Shown piece after piece: positions 1-12,392 of a stretch of 55,450 bases of DNA. Every line of letters begins with the position of its first letter. Position 1 is the stretch's first letter. Both the position numbers and the translations under genes were made by a program. The DNA comes from Octopus sinensis (Eukaryota), in NCBI RefSeq assembly GCF_006345805.1, contig NW_021833736.1, positions 1 to 55,450 of the forward strand, read 5' to 3'. The notes under the pieces are model-generated. The model made no database searches. It had not been told where the DNA came from and saw only the letters and a program-made list of their open reading frames with translations.

Positions 1-430
1 GGACATAGGAAATAAAACAAAAGAGAGGGGGGAAAGAAAAAATTCCCAATAACAGATAGGAAGCAATTAGTTGATGCCATACATATAAAAGTTCAGAATC
101 AAGGAACCGACAAAATGAATAAATAAATGAGAAAATCAAACGATGAAGCTAACGAAAAATTGCAAAAGCAGAAAATGGCGAAATTAGAACGTCTAAAAAT
201 ATTTGAGTAAAAATAGAAGTAATTTTTTTCTGACATAGAATGTTTGTAAGAAAATTAGTAAAAAATGACAATAAAATAAACCGCAAAGATTTAAGAATGG
301 GTTAACAGAATCTAGTTAGTAATGCGGGTATTGTGTAATGGGGTGATAGAATATAATTAGAAATGAGAAAACTATTAATTGGGTTAGTAGAATTTTAGTT
401 AGAAATAAGGTTATTAATTAATGGCGCAAC

Positions 431-830
431 GCAGGCCTGGCTGTGTGGTACGTCGGTGAGCTGGCAGAATCGTTAGCACACCGGGCGAAATGCTTAGTGG
501 CATTTCGTCTGCCGTTACGTTCTGAGTTCAAATTCCGCCGAGGTCGACTTTGCCTTTCATCCTTGCGGGGTCGATAATTTAAGTACCAGTTACACACTGG
601 CGTCGATGTAATCGACTTAATACCTTTGTCTGTCATTGTTTGTCCCCTCTATGTTTAGCCCCTTGTGGGCAATAGAGAAATAAGAAGCATGCTTCCCAGT
701 GTGTGTGTGCTTGTTCCAAGTACCACCGTTTGACAACCAGTATTGGTGAGTTTACATCCCGGTAAAAATAGCGGTTCGACAAAAGATAGCGATAGAACAA
801 GTACCGGGCTTTACTAAAAATAAAGAACCA
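431..830 (+). mobile_element. SINE family C (CORE-like), split by a family A insertion
   Basis: Head GCAGGCCTGGCTGTGTGGTA resumes as AGAAGCATGCTTCCC after 683; tail matches the copy at 49481-49876. Confidence 0.6.
455..683 (+). mobile_element. tRNA-derived SINE family A
   Basis: A-box-like TGGCAGAATCGTTAG, B-box-like GAGTTCAAATTCC, body GGTCGACTTTGCCTTTCATCC; many copies in the window. Confidence 0.9.
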
Positions 831-1149
831 TTTTAGCTTTTTAATTTCGCGCATGCGCATTGTATGCTTTTGATTTTGTCGACTACACAGTATAGTAGGG
901 TCAGTTGGGCATCGTCTGTGAGAAAAACAGCACCATGACGTAATTAGCTCTGCCAGAAATTTGGAAACGACATGCTGTAATGCTTGGCATTCGCACCAGA
1001 GGCTCCAATAAGAATGGATGGTGAACGCACAGAAGTACCGTTGGCTTGCCGTGTCCCCATAACATGTACCGAGTGTGATAAAAATCACATGTAAGAATCG
1101 CACACACACACGCACGCGCACACAGTCAATTCAAATACACGTATAAATT

Positions 1150-1580
1150 TAACGGATAAGAAGAAGGCATGCGCAAAAAATGTGCTAATATATCTAGCTA
1201 TCTGTTTGTCTGTCTGTCTATCAATCTATCTATCTGTCTATCTATCTTTCTATCTATCTGTCTATCCGTCTGTCTGTCTGCCTATCTATCTACCTCTATC
1301 TATCTGCCTATCTGTCTGTCTATCTATCTACCTACCTACCTACGGATAAGAAGAAAGGCATGCGCAAAAAATGTGCTAATATATCTAGCTATCTGTTTGT
1401 CTGTCTGTCTATCAATCTATCTATCTGTCTATCTATCTTTCTATCTATCTGTCTATCCGTCTGTCTGTCTGCCTATCTATCTACCTCTATCTATCTGCCT
1501 ATCTGTCTGTCTATCTATCTACCTACCTACCTACGGATAAGAAGAAGCCAAATGCGCAAAAAAAAATGTGCTAATATATA
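1150..1580. repeat. ~191-bp tandem duplication built on an ATCT/GTCT microsatellite
   Basis: ACGGATAAGAAGAA...ATGCGCAAAAAA recurs at ~1152, 1342 and 1533. Confidence 0.9.
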
Positions 1581-1695
1581 GAAGCTATCTGTCTGTCTGT
1601 ATCTGTCTGATCTATCTATCTAATCTACCTATCTATCTACCTTCTACCTATCTATCGATGTATCACTATCTATCTACCTACCTACCTATTCCTAC

Positions 1696-1737
<42 letters not shown>

Positions 1738-1795
1738 GCCTATCTGTCTGTCTATCTACCTACCTACCTACCTACCTACCTACCTACCTACCTAC

Positions 1796-1842
<47 letters not shown>

Positions 1843-1900
1843 CCTACCTACCTACCTACCTACCTATCTATCTATCTATCTATCTATCTACCTGCCTGCC

Positions 1901-1935
<35 letters not shown>

Positions 1936-1950
1936 TTATCTATCTATCAC
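1581..1950. repeat. (ATCT)n/(ACCT)n/(GTCT)n compound microsatellite
   Basis: Seen directly. Confidence 0.95.
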
Positions 1951-2213
1951 ACACTTGTATACGTGCACTTGAACACGTACGTACATGCGCCGGTGGGTGT
2001 TCAGAAGTCTTTAATGCTTGTTATGCCTACGTGCCCGTCAATTGTCCGTGCGCGCGCGAGCGCATCATTTCGTGATTGTGTGTGTGTGTGTGTGTTTGTC
2101 TGTGTGTGTGTGTGTGTGTGTGATTGCGCGTGTATGTGTGTGTTGTGAACTTAGCAATGTGTCTCTGTAAGAACTTTTGAATGCACGTAAACGTATGTAT
2201 GTATGTATACATA

Positions 2214-2257
<44 letters not shown>

Positions 2258-2479
2258 TTACCTAAAAACTTGATTTCGAAACGTACGTCCGTAGATAACT
2301 TAAAATTGTATGATAGATTGCCGTCAATTCATTCTCTCTTACCTGTTTGTGTCTGCCTTCCAATTGCTGTTTTTACTGAGATCTCCCTTTTTAGTAGAAG
2401 AAATAGCTATAACTCTTTGACTGCTATTTCTAAATTCGGTATGTGGTAAGGCGATTCGTTGCTAAACCCTTTATGCTAT

Positions 2480-2480
2480 A

Positions 2481-2529
<49 letters not shown>

Positions 2530-2902
2530 AATGATTTATATATATATATATATTATATATATATATATATATGAATGTATGCATATATATATATATATAT
2601 GAAAGTGAAAGGATAATATATATGCAGAATATATATATATATATAAATATATATATATGAATGTGATGCATATATACATATATATGAATGTATGCATATA
2701 TACATATATATGAATGTATGATATATATACATATATATATGAATGTATGCATATATACATATATATGAATGTATGCATATATACATATATATGAATGTAT
2801 GCATATATATATATATATATATGAATGTATGCATATATATATATATGAATGTATGCATATATATATATATGAATGTAAGCATATATATATATATGAATGT
2901 AT
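2480..2902. repeat. (TA)n-based minisatellite with recurring ATGAATGTATGC
   Basis: Seen directly. Confidence 0.9.
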
Positions 2903-2904
2903 GT

Positions 2905-3524
2905 AGTCTCCCGCCTCCCTTTTCCCCTCACTTACCACCCCACGACCCTACGTCTCCAACGCACCATTCTTCGAGCTTTCCGTCATCTCCAGTCCGACCC
3001 GTCCACTTCACACCTCTTCCCTAACCGACCCCTCCCCTCTTTCAAACGAGCCCACAACCTTCGAGACCTTTTGGTCCATAGCTCCTTCCCTGACCCTACC
3101 TCCCAACCCGGCTCGTTCCCCTGCTCCCGCCCACGTTGCCGCACTTGCCCTTACCTCTCCAACACCACCCGCCTCACTAGCACCCACCATCGACCCTATC
3201 CCATCATCCACTCCTTCACCTGCACCTCCAGCAATATTATCTATTGCATCTCTTGCTCTCTCTGCAATTCTTGTACATCGGACAAACGGGACGCCGCTTG
3301 GCTGACCGGTTCGCGGAACACCTTCGTGACATCCACCTGCGAACGACACACCGGTCTCACGCCATTTCCGCTCCACCGGTCACTCCTTGCAACACCTATC
3401 TGTGTTCGGTTTGTCCTTACACAGAGGCCATCCGGATTCCCGTTTGCGCCGTGAACAGGAATTAATCTTCTCTCTTCGCTCTTATACGCCATTTGGTCTC
3501 AACTCTCCCCCCCTCCTCATCTAA
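2905..3524 (+). pseudogene. Penelope-like retroelement, 3' ORF fragment (GIY-YIG endonuclease), frameshifted
   Basis: PLTYHP...CSRPRCRTC...FTCTSSNIIYCISC, then after a frameshift LYIGQTGRRLADRFAEH, ending REQELIFSLRSYTPFGLN; typical PLE endonuclease motifs. Confidence 0.9.
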
Positions 3525-3790
3525 ACCTCACCCCCCCTCCTCACTATCCTTTCTCCCCCCCGACCCTACTTCTTCAGTCCTTCATCCTTTCACCCCTACT
3601 CCCCTTCCCTTCTTCCCTCTTTCTCCCTCCCCCTCTTCCCCTTCCCTCTGCTCCCTCACTCCCTCTCTCCCCTTCTCTCTCCCCCTCCTCATCCCTTCCT
3701 TCTCCCCAATCCTCTCCTCTCCCCCCCCTCTCCTCCCCTCCCCTCCCCTCCCCTTCCACCCCCCTCTTCTCCCCGTCCCCCTCTTCTCCT
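3525..3790. repeat. Polypyrimidine (C/T) low-complexity tract
   Basis: Seen directly. Confidence 0.9.
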
Positions 3791-4299
3791 CACTACACCA
3801 CATGACTTTACACATCACATCACATATGATGTGCCATACTAATACACACACCAACTAATACATACTAATACGTACTAATACATACTAGTACATACTAATA
3901 CTTACACCAACCCTATACATACACACGTCCAGACCCCGCATACGCACTTATACTCTCTCTCACACACACACACACACACCTATACATACCAATACGTACT
4001 AATACATACTAATACATACTAATACATACACCAACCCCATACATACGCACGTCCAGACCAATCTTACGCACTAATACTCTCTCATACACACACACACACA
4101 CACACACCCTTATACATACTAATACATACACCAACCCTATACATACACACATCCAGACCCCTCCCACGCACTTTTAGCTGGTCCCTCAACCCATTTATCA
4201 ACCCTATTATCTCCCCTTATTTCGCTCTCGCGTCTCATGTTTGATCTTTGACCTCTGGCCGAAATCAGATCGCCATGTTGATTCGTTAGCTACTGCACG

Positions 4300-4480
4300 C
4301 ATTTTTTTCTTCCCTTCTTTCTGGGTTTTCTCTCTCTGTGTATCTTTCTGTTGAAGAGCGTAGGCTCGAAACGTTAAAGACTGTTTTATTTATATTTCCT
4401 GAGCGCCATACTAATACAATTGTTCGTTTGTTTTCCACCTGCCTTCGTCTTTTGTTTATTTTCATAAAGCTTCCCGTTAT
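4300..4480 (+). mobile_element. Short (TA)n-abutting element, probable PLE terminus, with hammerhead-like motif
   Basis: Homologous to 22965-23110 (-); ends in (TA)n. Confidence 0.6.
4343..4380 (+). ncRNA. Minimal type I hammerhead-like motif, core variant CUGUUGA
   Basis: TCTTT-CTGTTGA-A-GAGC gtag GCTC-GAAA-CG-TT-AAAGA: helix I TCTTT/AAAGA, helix II GAGC/GCTC, palindromic helix III ACGT. Confidence 0.5.
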
Positions 4481-4542
4481 ATATATACATACATACATAC
4501 ATACACATACATATATATACATACATATATATGTATGTATAT

Positions 4543-4586
<44 letters not shown>

Positions 4587-4898
4587 CACACATGCACATA
4601 TTAACGTATGCATGTTTTCATGAGTTAATCTCTACGTCATTGCGTGTTTGTAAGGTTCGCATGCTTTGGAGTGTTTTCCAACACAAATTTGTGAGCTTAT
4701 ATATATATATATGTGTGTTTAACTGTGTATGCGTGAATGTTCGAATGACAGCGTGTATCTGCAGTGAACTCGGTACTTCCATACATGTTTGCATTGTAGG
4801 TGAGCACACGTGCACGGACGCTGAAGCGCATGAATGTTTGTGTAATAAAGAAAAATGTTAGAAGCTACATTACGCATCACTACATTAGGAAACTGACA

Positions 4899-4931
4899 CC
4901 GCCATTTTGAAAGGAGTGCGTCGACTTCCGG
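4899..4931. promoter_or_regulatory. Adjacent YY1-like (CCGCCATTTTG) and ETS-like (ACTTCCGG) motifs
   Basis: Motif match only, in non-repetitive CpG-containing sequence. Confidence 0.25.
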
Positions 4932-5222
4932 CTGCGAGGTGATAACTCACGCGAATCTATGACAGCTAGTCAATTCTTTTCACTCCATGGTGGTAGTGTG
5001 TGTGTGTGTGAGAGAGAGAGAAAGAGAGAGAATGTGTGTGTGTGTGCAAGCAAACGCCACTTTTATATGACCACGTCAATAGTTGTTGATTTACACGTAG
5101 GATCGGAAACACTGCTCTGAGAAAAATGCGATGTACAAAATATCCTTTTGGTACAGATTTTTTCTTCCAGCCTCCCTCAAGCTCATAGAATATAATTCAC
5201 TTTAGCTGTTCTTAGCTTATTC

Positions 5223-5635
5223 GGATCTTTTCGGTTTGAACGGCAGTTTTTTTCTAGCGGTGTCATATGAAATTGTCACCCATATTTATGACCCTAGTAT
5301 CGATCTATTGCATTTCAATCTGTTTTAGGGTTAGGGATGGGGGGAAGGGTAGCTTTTTTTCTTCCGAAATTTAAATAAACCCAATCTGTTTCTGAAACGA
5401 GAGTTATATTCATATGGCAAAGAATGTTTTCACCTCAATAGACGTCATTGATTGGTTGAAATTGTAGAAATTGAAGAAAAAAAATCAACAAATATCTTGC
5501 AAACTATAGAATTTTCTCAATAAAGTCAAGAGAAAAAGATGTTTTATAAACACATTCTACCAGTATACGAAGTTTTAAAATGTTTAGTTACGTGGAAATT
5601 ATTTTAAAAAACTGCCGGTCAAACCGAAATGATCC
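5223..5635 (+). mobile_element. MITE with 28-bp TIR (GGATCTTTTCGGTTTGAACGGCAGTTTT) and 8-bp TSD
   Basis: TIRs at both ends; TSD GCTTATTC on both sides. Confidence 0.95.
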
Positions 5636-5689
5636 GCTTATTCTCAACGTTAGCCTAGCTCCACCGGGCCTGTAGTCAAAACACTTCTT

Positions 5690-5820
5690 TTTCTTTTATT
5701 CGTTTCAGTCATTATACTACGGCTATACTGGGGCACTGCCTTGAAAGGTTTAGTCGAACAAATCGATCCCAGTATTAATTTTTAAAGCCTGATCCTTATT
5801 CTATTGGTGTATTTTGCGAA
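5690..5820 (-). mobile_element. SINE family C 3' fragment
   Basis: Degenerate match to the tail of 49481-49876. Confidence 0.6.
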
Positions 5821-6255
5821 TGCCCCACAGAAGACAACCCTATATTAACGGGTCTAAGAAATGATCAGTGTGTTCTATTGAAAAACTATATCTATTAAAA
5901 CACTTGAAAACCTCCAACGAATACATTAATTCAAGGAACGAGATTTCTTCTGTATGTTCGCATTTCAAGAAATACATCTTGTTGGAATTTAAAAGTAGAC
6001 CACCGGACACTTAGTAAACCGTTGATATCTGGTGTATGTCTGCTTGACATCGAATTATTGTAACGTTGGTTATCTCCCTTGTGTTTTTCTTTGTCTTCTT
6101 CTTTACAAGAATCTCTTGTTTAAAGGTTATCTGCTCAAAGAAAAACTGATAAACGGTCTTGTTTTCCGCTTGATAAATGGCAGAATAAATTATTTCGACT
6201 AGGAAAACCTGGATAGCTATAATTGCAAAGATTCGTACTTTTTTCGTATTCAAAG

Positions 6256-6269
<14 letters not shown>

Positions 6270-6292
<23 letters not shown>

Positions 6293-6547
6293 CAAAATAA
6301 TAAATAAAACGTATGCATATATACATACATATATGTACATACCTACATCTACATGTATATATACATGCATATATGGGTACAGGACACCAAATAAACGTCG
6401 AATACAACGAGAAACGAAAGCATAAAAACAAAACCATGGAAACGGACTTTTTTCAAACAACGAAAAAAACAGAGTACCAGACATATAACACAAGGAATAT
6501 TCCCCTTCTTCAGCTGCCCCTGCTTCGTCTACTCCGTGTTTCGAAGG

Positions 6548-6605
<58 letters not shown>

Positions 6606-6860
6606 ACAAAATAATAAATAAAACGTATGCATATATACATACATATATGTACATACCTACATCTACATGTATATATACATGCATATATGGGTACAGGACA
6701 CCAAATAAACGTCGAATACAACGAGAAACGAAAGCATAAAAACAAAACCATGGAAACGGACTTTTTTCAAACAACGAAAAAAACAGAGTACCAGACATAT
6801 AACACAAGGAATATTCCCCTTCTTCAGCTGCCCCTGCTTCGTCTACTCCGTGTTTCGAAG
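6270..6860. repeat. Near-identical ~314-bp tandem duplication bounded by (TA)n
   Basis: AACAAAATAATAAATAAAACG...TTTCGAAGG at ~6291 and ~6605. Confidence 0.95.
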
Positions 6861-6861
6861 G

Positions 6862-6916
<55 letters not shown>

Positions 6917-7396
6917 TGTGGGTTGGCCTCCTTGGCACGGCCAGAATAATCAGGAAAGTATTAGCTGAAAAGAACGAACAGCATGGTACCGTAGGTTGCA
7001 GCTAGTAAACCTACTACGCATGCAAGACTCAAGGAGCTCCGGCAAAATCTGTGATAAAGGGACATAGATGCTAACAACGACTCTTCTCGGTGAAGTTCAC
7101 ATCTAGTTCTCCCTACATCGTAAGGAGGTACACTGTTCAATAGTGACCACTTAATATTCTACTTTGCTTTTGTTATCTTTAAGCTCCCAAATTAGCTTCC
7201 TTAACGAGCACAGTCTTTCCTTATTCCTATGTCTAAATGATGAGACGTGATTATAACATCGATACTTGAAACTGTTGCGCAACAGCCTATTTAATGGTAA
7301 ACTCTTTTGTCCATAACAACTGTACTAAGCTCTTCTTAAGGTATTGTTCATCTACTGTACATTTACAATTATAGCTATAACTGGTACTGTTGTTGT

Positions 7397-7875
7397 CTTC
7401 TTCTTCTTCCTATCAGGACTCACGCCATAATCCACAAATTCGAGCCTACTCTAAGCTACGAAGAATGCGTGTGGCAACTTGAAGATTCACCCACCACACG
7501 CGATAGACTGGCGGTTGCACGGGCGCGGAAGCTACGTTGTTATCCTCATTCCGTAAACGGTGGCTTTTAACGGGTGGAGAGCTGAACCATCCTGGGGTAC
7601 AGAGGATTCGCAATCTAGACTAGGGTCTGAAAGTTTACCACACCGTAGTGGGTTACACCATGGTTCCTCTGCTTTGTGACAGAAGTAGGAAGAAAGAGTG
7701 GTAGAAAGTGGTAGTGAAAGAGTACAACGGGGTTCACCCCACTCCCACCCCGCCGGAGCCTTGTGGAGCTTAGGTGCTTTTGCTCAATAAACACTCACAA
7801 TGCCCGGTCTGGGAATCGAGACCGCGTTCTTACGACCGCGAGTTCGCTGCCGTAACCACTAGCCCATTGCGCCTC
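7397..7875 (-). mobile_element. tRNA-derived SINE family B with a distinct long tail ending in (GAA)n
   Basis: Head GAGGCGCAATGGGCTAGTGGTTA...GGTCTCGATTCCC shared with the other B copies. Confidence 0.8.
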
Positions 7876-7879
7876 TCTT

Positions 7880-8206
7880 ACTGTTGTTGTTGTTGTTGTT
7901 GCTCTATTGCTGTTTTTTTTGTTGTTGTTGCTACTCCTACTCCTAAACTTATGCCTGTAGCTATTATGCTTATTGTCGCTGTTGTTATTAATTCCACTCC
8001 TACTTTCATTAATACTAACATTGCTGCTGTCCCTATCCTTATTCTTGTTATTTCTATTATCTTTAGCGCCATTTTGCGCTTTACGAGTTCCATTATGCTT
8101 ATTGTTATTAGTATTGTTTCCATTATAATTTACATGTTTAGTACCACTGCCTCTAATGTTATTATTGTTATTATTATTATTATTCCTATTTTCATTGTTG
8201 TTGTTG

Positions 8207-8250
<44 letters not shown>

Positions 8251-8345
8251 GACCTTATATGAATCGTTATCGTAATTAGTATTACTTTTATTATTATTCT
8301 CGTCCTTCTTATTATCCTCACCACCATTATCATTATTACCACTCC
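7880..8345. repeat. ATT/GTT/ATC triplet low-complexity tract
   Basis: Seen directly. Confidence 0.9.
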
Positions 8346-8522
8346 TTCTGGGGTTTTCTGAGACCACGTCTTTGCTCTTTCTAGGCCGTGATTTCTATAG
8401 AGCTCCCAATGGATCATTCTTGCCACATTGTCATGGTGTCGTTTGTATTCGCGTTGTGCCAATTTCGGACAATCGCTAACGATGTGCCATACCTGATCTG
8501 TTTGGATTGGGAAATCCCTGAG
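8345..8522 (-). pseudogene. R4/Dong-like non-LTR fragment (CCHC region)
   Basis: HIVSDCPKLAQREYKRHHDNVARMIHWEL...KTPEGVV. Confidence 0.8.
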
Positions 8523-9178
8523 GATTATTATTATTATTTACTTTTAAGCTGCATGTTTTTTACAATCACTTGCCGAGACACACCCAGCGTCCTGAGGCGA
8601 GTGAAGGACGTGAGATGTTACAGTTTGACTGAAAGCTTGGAAGGGGAAGTGGCAGAGGTAGCAGCGAAATATCGTCATGTAATACAACACAGACATTTAA
8701 ATGGATAGGGTTTTTCTAAGGTTGTGGGCAGTAACTGTCAGTACAATATTTTGGATTTCTCTGATACATGGTTCTCCTGGGATCTGATCTAGATGTTTCT
8801 GACATCCCTTTTTTTATCGTATCTAGAGCACCTACGATTGCGAACAGTCCTCGCTTTAAGATGCCACATCTGTATTTCAATTTCCATGTCCTTATATTTA
8901 CTTCATTTGTCAAATTTCTTTACAGATATATTTTCATCATTGGGATCACTTACATATATTAGTCTACAAGTGTTTTCTTTCCTGTCTTTAATAACTATGT
9001 CTGGTCGATTAGCCTGGATCGTTCTGTCAGTGTTGACTGGAAAATCTCAGAGGATAGTGACATATTTACCTTCAACGACTTCCTCGAGGTGATGTTCATA
9101 TCAGTATCAGGAGTGCTGATTTTGTAGGGTTTACATATTTTCCAATGTAAATAATGTCCTATCCTATCGTTGCGATTT
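8523..9178 (-). pseudogene. R4/Dong-like non-LTR element 3' end (restriction-like endonuclease) with (TAA)n tail
   Basis: RIGHYLHWKICK...IL*DFPVNTDRTIQANRPDIVIKD...KYKDMEIEI...IVGALDTIKKG...LRKTLSI*, followed by a 3' UTR and TAA repeats. Confidence 0.85.
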
Positions 9179-9433
9179 TTTTTATTCGTTTGGTGACAGC
9201 ACAGGACATCCCAAGACGAGATGGTCTACTGTTTCGTCAAATGTGTCGCAGAATCTGAATTTAGGGTCAAAACTGGTAGTTTTTTTTCTTTTTTTGGTCT
9301 TTTCAATTAAAGTATTTCAGAACTCTTTAGATCAAAGTGGGATGTCCTTGAGTGCTGCCTCAATATATAAAGTTTCAATTATCTGAATATTTCGTCCAAA
9401 GCTTACAGGTATGTAAGTGTATGCAAATATATA

Positions 9434-9661
9434 ACTTTACTACCCACAAGGGACTAAACACAGAGGGGACAAACAAGGGTAGACAAACGGATTAAGTCGA
9501 TCACATCGACCCCAGTGCGTAACTGGTACTTAATTTATCGACCCCGAAAGGATGAAAAGCAAAGTCGACCTCGTCGGAATTTGAACTCCGAACGTAACGG
9601 CAGACGAAATACGGCTACGCATTTCGCCCGGCGTGCTAACGTTCCTGCCAGCTCGCCGCCT
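9434..9661 (-). mobile_element. SINE family A with 21-bp TSD
   Basis: TATGTAAGTGTATGCAAATAT at 9410-9430 and 9662-9682. Confidence 0.95.
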
Positions 9662-9963
9662 TATGTAAGTGTATGCAAATATCAAATAAAGCGGGGTTAA
9701 TGAGGGATATTAATCCAGGCGAAATACTTTTTAAGCTCTCTGCAGATAAAAATACACAAAGCTAACAAAACTTTTTGTGATCAGCATTGTGTTACAGGTA
9801 ATCGGAAGTCGAAAGCCGAAGTTAAATTTATAAATCCATGGTTGCATTAGCGAATTAAGGTGGCACATTTTCACAGATCGATACAAAATCATAATATATA
9901 TGTGTTCAAAGATCTGGTATCACCCTCATTGGAGACACCCAACGACCATCACAGTTTGGCGGG

Positions 9964-10263
9964 GGAGGCACACGGCCTAGTGGTTAGAGCAGCGGACTCG
10001 CGGTCGACGGATCGCGGGTTCGAATCTCAGACCGGGCGATGTGTGTGTTTATGAGCGAAACACCTAAGTTCCATGCGGCTCCGGCAGAAGGTAATGGCGA
10101 ACTTCTGCTGACTCTTTCGCCACAACTTTCTCTCACTCTTTCCTCCTGCATCTTGCAGCTCACCTGCGACGGACCGGCGTCCCGTCCAGGTGGGGAACCT
10201 ATACGCCAAGGAAACCGGGAAACCGGCCCTTATGAGCCAGGCATGGCTCGAGAAGGAACAAAC
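9964..10263 (+). mobile_element. SINE family B (GAAACCGGGAAACCGG-type tail)
   Basis: tRNA-like head with GGTTCGAATC; matches 21185-21483. Confidence 0.9.
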
Positions 10264-10865
10264 ATTTAAAAAAATAGTTTGGGGTAACTTGGTTTTCATG
10301 ATATCACGTCTTTACTGTGTCGAGAGAACATTGAGTCGGAGTCATTTTGTCGTCATTTTGATACCCGGTGCGAATCCTCACGATGCAAGCAACTCTTTTC
10401 TAATATTCAGATGGCTCAAATCCTCCATGTCCGCTAAATTTTCCTCAACAACAATTTTAATCTTTATGCTCTCCAACGCCGAAAAAATGTTCCTGAAGAA
10501 AGGAGACAAATTTAGCCCGAAGACCTTATATGTTATTCTTGCAGTATGTTGAAACAAGTCTTGCGAATAAAACTAGGCACATGGAAACTGCGTGGAAGCC
10601 TTCCGGATGGGTTGCACCCATGGTCTACATAGTGCGTGGCGCTGATACTGAGAACTGCGATTTTTTTTTTTAAATACTCAACCACTTACTTAAGAAAAAA
10701 CGTTACTTTAAACCGTTTCGTGTATCGAACAAGTGTATCCTCATCGCCGATAGTGACGGAGGAGCCAGTGTTGTGAACAATTGTGCTTGTGTGTGTATAT
10801 TCATATGTGTGTATGTGCGCGTGTGAATATGTGCAGCATCTGTGTCAACGTAATAAAATATAACT

Positions 10866-10957
<92 letters not shown>

Positions 10958-11469
10958 ATGTGTGTGTGTGTATAGATAAGTATGTGTGGTGAGTATGTAT
11001 GTTTGTACACATATAACAGAAGTAGTTTTGTGTGAGAAGCAATAAAGCTACAGCCACTTTTATTAATGTCACATCAAACAGCTGACCGACTGACCTTTCA
11101 GACATAACATTTTCCCTCTGGACGCACATGTCTCCGAGCTGCTATGTAAGGACAACGTCGCCACCACTTGAACCTTTATCTGTATTTAGAAACCAGTGCC
11201 AGGCCAGCCGTTTGAACTTAGAATGCCATATTCTTAGTGATATTGCAATGAACGTAGGCGATATAATCAATCTGAGATCTCTCTTCTTCTATTAGATATA
11301 CACTAAATGTTCAGAAACGATGTTTGTCTTATTAACCCCTGTTTTTGCCGTGGTTTGTTGTTGTGGGATGGTGGAATGTAATTTAAAACTGTATTGTGAA
11401 GTAATATGGAGTGGTGTAACGATGTAGGGTGGAGTGGCATGATCTAGAGTGGCATGTAGAGTATAACAC

Positions 11470-11945
11470 ACCACTTCGTATTATAACATATAAAACACAA
11501 AATTAATACACATTACTACTGGATAGTACGTACCACTCCAGATTGGCACATACCACTCCAAATAAGCGCACACCATTGCGAATTTGTACACGCCACTTCG
11601 AATTAAAACACGCCATTTCAGATTAGCATGTGCCACTCCAAATCCTCCTGTGCCGCTTCGGGTTAGGGAACACCACTTCAAATTAGTACGCACCACTTCA
11701 ATTTTACGCTAATTCCTCCAGATTAGCACTCGCCACTCCAAATTAGCACACAACACTCTAAATTAAATACACAACTCCGGATTAGCAAGAACATCTCCGA
11801 ATTAGAACACACCACTCCAAATTATCACACCACTCTAAATTAAGCACCACTCCAAACTAATATATAACATTTCAAGTTAGCATGTACCACTCCAAATTAG
11901 CCTCTACCATTCCGGGTTTGCACGCAGCACTCCGAATTAGCAGCG
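11470..11945. repeat. Degenerate ~21-bp minisatellite (ACCACTCCAAATTAGCAC-like)
   Basis: About 20 recognisable units. Confidence 0.85.
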
Positions 11946-11999
11946 GAGTGGTGTAGAGTTGTACATTGGAGTAGTGCGATGCGGTGTGGTACAGAGTTG

Positions 12000-12392
12000 C
12001 CTGTGTGTGTGTACGTGTTGTGTGTACGTGTGTTTGTGTGTGTATGTGTGTGTGTGGTTGTGTGTACGTGTGTTTGTGTGTGTATGTGTGTGTGTGGTTG
12101 TGTGTACGTGTGTTTGTGTGTGTATGTGTGTGTGTGGTTGTGTGTATGTGTGTTTGTGTGTGTATGTGTGTGTGTGGTTGTGTGTACGTGTGTTTGTGTG
12201 TGTATGTGTGTGTGTGGTTGTGTGTATGTGTGTTTGTGTGTGTATGTGTGTGTGTGGTTGTGTGTACGTGTGTTTGTGTGTGTATGTGTGTGTGTGGTTG
12301 TGTGTACGTGTGTTTGTGTGTGTATGTGTGTGTGGTTGTGTGTATGTGTGTTTGTGTGTGTATGTGTGTGTGTGGTTGTGTGTATGTGTGTA
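12000..12392. repeat. 40-bp GT-rich tandem repeat
   Basis: TGTGTACGTGTGTTTGTGTGTGTATGTGTGTGTGTGGTTG repeated ~9 times. Confidence 0.95.

Noticed and set aside
6495-6547. Hammerhead on the minus strand of the 314-bp duplication (CCTTCGAAACACGGAGTA ... CTGAAGAAGGGG)
   Set aside because: Core halves are in the wrong order for type I and helix I cannot be formed; at best a truncated 3' half.
9964-10040. tRNA genes at SINE heads
   Set aside because: A/B boxes are present, but the sequence runs into SINE bodies without a closing acceptor stem or terminator.
10487-10545. CTGAAGA...CCCGAAG motif
   Set aside because: GAAG instead of GAAA, and no helix I.
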